NCBI GenBank assembly: GCA_019358935.1
Contig: JAHHIK010000176.1
Coordinates: forward strand, 1-10,615
DNA length: 10,615 nt
Direction: 5' to 3'
From: Tolypothrix carrinoi HA7290-LM1
Lineage (GTDB): Bacteria; Cyanobacteriota; Cyanobacteriia; Cyanobacteriales; Nostocaceae
Part shown: one piece after another, positions 8,298 through 10,615 of the stretch
Layout of the letters: each line of letters begins with the position of its first letter
Numbering within the stretch: position 1 is the stretch's first letter
Notes under the pieces: generated by a model
What the model saw: only the letters and a program-made list of their open reading frames with translations
Databases searched by the model: none
What the model was told of the DNA's origin: nothing
Translations under genes and position numbers: made by a program

Positions 8298-8317
8298 TGT
8301 ATACAAATTTGTATACA
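8298..8317. promoter_or_regulatory. Probable autoregulatory operator of the toxin-antitoxin operon
   Basis: Perfect 20-bp palindrome TGTATACAAATTTGTATACA (two TGTATACA boxes) ending 10 nt before the antitoxin ATG. Confidence 0.75.
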
Positions 8318-8327
8318 AAATCACAGT

Positions 8328-8570
8328 ATGCAAAGTTCTACCATCAGAATCAGCAGTACATCTCACAATATCCTTAAAGAACTGGCTGCACGCTCTGGGG
8401 AGTCGATGCAAGCAATCCTCGATCAAGCGATCGAGCAATACCGCAGACAAGTGTTTTTAGAGTCAGCTAACCAAGCTTACGCTGCCTTACGTAATAACTC
8501 AGAAGCTTGGCAGGCTGAACTTGAAGAAAGAGAAGCTTGGGATGTCACTCTAGCTGACGCCTTAGAATGA
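8328..8570 (+). CDS. Ribbon-helix-helix type II antitoxin (partner of the PemK/MazF toxin)
   Basis: 80 aa with a beta-strand TTIRIS, then two helices (LKELAARSGESMQAILDQAIEQY) and an acidic tail (EEREAWDVTLADALE). The stop overlaps the toxin ATG (ATGA 8567-8570). Confidence 0.85.
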   Translation: MQSSTIRISSTSHNILKELAARSGESMQAILDQAIEQYRRQVFLESANQAYAALRNNSEAWQAELEEREAWDVTLADALE

Positions 8571-9127
8571 CCATTACAAAGCCATGAAGAGGGGTGTAGG
8601 GTGTCGGGTGTGGGGTGTGGGGAACCCCATAATTAAATAATGGGGTTTCAAATAAGGACATTGTATTTTTCATACAATGTCATCTCAAAATACATCTTTT
8701 TTTTCCATCAATAAATTGAGGGGCGGGGTCCCCAGATTTCGGGGCTAATTCTTCCCCTGCACCCCACACCCCACACCCGCCCCGAAGGGGCTTGGTCACT
8801 CCTGACAGATATGGCTTGTTGACTTGAATCCTACACGAGGTCACGAACAGGCACAGAAATCGTCCTTGCTTAGTTGTATCGGTAGACTTATTCAATTCCG
8901 GAGCATCTGGATTAGCTGTTGTGCTACCGATTACATCTAAAAACAAAGGGATTCCCTTCCACGTTGAAGTTAACCCTCCTGAAGGGGGACTGACACAACG
9001 AAGTTATATTAAATGTGAAGATGTCCGCTCTATCAGCATAGAGAGACTTTCTGATTTGTGGGGTGTAATTTCTTCAACCACCATGATGATGGTAGAAGAC
9101 AGGCTACGGATTCTTTTAGGTTTGTAA
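8567..9127 (+). pseudogene. PemK/MazF-family toxin disrupted by an insertion, a stop and a frameshift
   Basis: Reconstructs as MTITKP*RG [insertion] QIWLVDLNPTRGHEQA [+1 shift near 8854] RNRPCLVVSVDLFNSGASGLAVVLPITSK...KCEDVRSISIERL...LRILLGL. The GHEQxxxRP and LPITS motifs are diagnostic. Confidence 0.9.
8592..8805. mobile_element. Composite non-autonomous repeat element inserted in the toxin gene
   Basis: Left arm (GGGTGTN)x4 at 8592-8619 and an inverted CACACCC-type right arm at 8758-8778. Internal hairpins lie at 8623-8647, 8657-8681 and 8779-8791. Exact ends are uncertain. Confidence 0.7.
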
Positions 9128-9304
9128 AGTTGCTGCGATCGCACGAGCGTTTATTATCAATGACGCGATCGCTTATATCATCAACCTGAGTAAGCTTACT
9201 CTTGGCGATTTTTATTCTCAAGGATACAACTGATACATTATGCCAAAACCAAATTGGGCATAAAGCCAGTGTTAACCCTGATAACATAAATCGTGAGGTA
9301 ATAA

Positions 9305-10018
9305 ATGCATCGCTTAGGATTGTGTGTAGTTTTCCCTATTGCGTTGATAGCTAGCTTTTCTCATCAACTATCCATAGCAAATACATCAACTTCCCAATCG
9401 GCTGTAGTCCAAATTAATCCGACTTTGTTAGCAAAAGCAAGTTTCCTCTCACCTTTAGAAGAACAGGTGATTGTGGAAATGAACAAAGTGCGGACAAATC
9501 CCAAAGCATACATCCCGATTATGGAAAGCTATAAAAAGCGCTTTCAAGGCAAACGAGTCAAAATTTCTGGCAATACTTATTTGCTAACGCAAGAAGGAGT
9601 AAAACCAGTCGATGAAGCGATCGCATTTCTCAAATCAGTTCGTCCTGTAGGAACTTTGACTGCATCTAAGGGGATGTCTTTAGGTGCTAGAGATCACGTT
9701 AAAGACCAAGGAGCAAAAGGTGTAACAGGTCATTATGGTGCTGATGGTAGCAACCCTTCTACTCGCATCAGTCGTTATGGAACTTGGCGCATATCCGCTG
9801 GAGAAAACATCAGCTATGGTCCAAATACGGCTCAAGATATCGTCATGCAATTAATTATAGATGATGGGGTGCGCGATCGCGGTCATAGAAAAAACATCTT
9901 TAACCCTGCTTTTAAAGTCGCAGGAGTTGCTTATGGAACTCACGCTACATACAGAACGATATGCGTGATTAACTATGCTGGGGGATATCGGGACAAGGGA
10001 CTGGTAACTAGGGATTAG
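9305..10018 (+). CDS. Secreted CAP (SCP/PR-1-like) domain protein
   Basis: Signal-like N-terminus. CAP motifs [23 protein letters not shown] and [12 protein letters not shown] are present, with GAGG upstream of the ATG. Confidence 0.92.
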   Translation: MHRLGLCVVFPIALIASFSHQLSIANTSTSQSAVVQINPTLLAKASFLSPLEEQVIVEMNKVRTNPKAYIPIMESYKKRFQGKRVKISGNTYLLTQEGVKPVDEAIAFLKSVRPVGTLTASKGMSLGARDHVKDQGAKGVTGHYGADGSNPSTRISRYGTWRISAGENISYGPNTAQDIVMQLIIDDGVRDRGHRKNIFNPAFKVAGVAYGTHATYRTICVINYAGGYRDKGLVTRD

Positions 10019-10031
10019 GGGCTGGTAAATA
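9990..10031 (+). repeat. Degenerate heptamer tandem repeat (STRR-like) spanning the CAP stop codon
   Basis: GGGACAA GGGACTG GTAACTA GGGATTA GGGGCTG GTAAATA: six heptamers with a 21-nt higher-order period. Confidence 0.55.
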
Positions 10032-10108
10032 AAGGTTTTTTATACATATAATTCAGTAATTTCCTTTAAGGAATTAACTTAAATATTTGGTAAACTTTGT
10101 GAAGTTAC

Positions 10109-10490
10109 ATGAAGTTGATTATTTACTCCCTGATGATGAAATTACCTAAGAGTGGGATACAATCTCTAAGATTTGACCAAATCAAATTATTAGCTATTTT
10201 CTCCAACTCCTCTGTGTTGGAAACTCCTGAAAAAGATGCATAATTATCTCCGCAGAAAGAAAATAATCTCTCGCCACTCGAACAAGAAGTAATTGCCCAA
10301 ATGAATCAGGTGAGAACAAATCCTGCTGCTTATGTTGCTGTGTTAGAAAACTATAAAAAGCGCTTTTCAGGCAACAGAGTGAAAATCTCTGAAGGTGTCT
10401 TTTTACAGACGACTGAAGGAGTCAAAGCAGTCGATGAAGCGATCGCATTTCTCAAGTCAGTTCGTCCTGTGCAAAGTTTAACTACATGCA
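10109..10490 (+). pseudogene. Second CAP-domain paralogue with a nonsense codon, interrupted by an IS end
   Basis: [22 protein letters not shown]...[18 protein letters not shown] aligns with the upstream CAP protein. The in-frame ATG at 10109 is cut off by TAA at 10241-10243, and similarity stops at about 10487-10490. Confidence 0.85.
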
Positions 10491-10615
10491 TTGACACTCC
10501 CCTGATTGTACAAATTTCGCTATCGCTCATTTGTACAGAAAATCAGGGGATTCTACATTCTTCCTAGTTACTTGCTCTACTAGGGTTTCCCCAAGTAGAG
10601 TAGAGGTCACTAGTC
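10491..10615 (-). mobile_element. Right end of an IS200/IS605-family element (TnpB type) including part of the omega/reRNA scaffold; continues beyond the window
   Basis: The minus strand reads ...GAATCCCCTGATT...AATCAGGGGAGTGTCAA, a subterminal hairpin followed by a TCAA terminus. It is preceded by nested stems CTAGTGAC/GTAACTAG and CTCTACTTGGG-GAAA-CCCTAGTAGAG. The element starts where CAP similarity ends. Confidence 0.85.
10527..10615 (-). CDS. tnpB: C-terminal tail of a TnpB RNA-guided endonuclease (partial)
   Basis: The frame [28 protein letters not shown] overlaps the right-end structure, and the ESP tail is typical of cyanobacterial IS605 TnpB. RuvC and zinc-finger motifs lie outside the window, so integrity is unknown. 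Confidence 0.6.
   Translation of the reverse strand, partial: LVTSTLLGETLVEQVTRKNVESPDFLYK

Larger units (their letters stand above)
67..10446. repeat. Dispersed HIP1 octamers (GCGATCGC), at least 13 copies
   Basis: Copies start at 67, 193, 1802, 4804, 5494, 7263, 7413, 8094, 9135, 9165, 9617, 9873 and 10439, far above chance for an AT-rich 10.6 kb. Confidence 0.95.

Noticed and set aside
8592..8791. Possible CRISPR array
   Set aside because: These are tandem heptamers and hairpins without repeat-spacer periodicity, and no cas genes are present.
8680..9287. Minus-strand ORFs 8680-8946 and 9033-9287, and ORF 8921-9127 as a stand-alone gene
   Set aside because: The first two are antisense shadows of the toxin pseudogene and the repeat. 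The third is only the C-terminal half of the broken toxin.
9649..9668. Self-targeting of the intact CAP gene by the predicted TnpB guide
   Set aside because: The equivalent site matches only 11 of the first 16 guide positions, with mismatches at positions 2 and 3 in the seed, so cleavage is unlikely.
10301..10567. 88-aa ORF as an intact protein
   Set aside because: It is a chimera of an internal CAP fragment and read-through into the IS end.

Overview
This is AT-rich DNA from a filamentous cyanobacterium (Nostocales-like), judged from at least 13 HIP1 octamers (GCGATCGC), a split dnaE and heptamer repeats. From left to right it contains: a membrane protein with an N-terminal MshEN-like domain; dnaE-N ending in a 102-aa split N-intein; a 151-bp TA-flanked MITE; and a decayed minus-strand cluster (XRE regulator with a nonsense codon, small ORF, truncated vWA protein, foreign AT-rich patch, and the tail of a large membrane protein that may be tubulin/FtsZ-like). 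Next come a relic of a REP-associated tyrosine transposase, a DsbA-family oxidoreductase, and an RHH antitoxin whose PemK/MazF toxin is broken by a hairpin-rich insertion plus a frameshift. The window ends with an intact CAP/SCP gene and a pseudogenised paralogue, which is interrupted by the right end of an IS200/IS605 element (TnpB tail and omega-RNA scaffold). All family assignments come from motif recognition by eye, not database searches.
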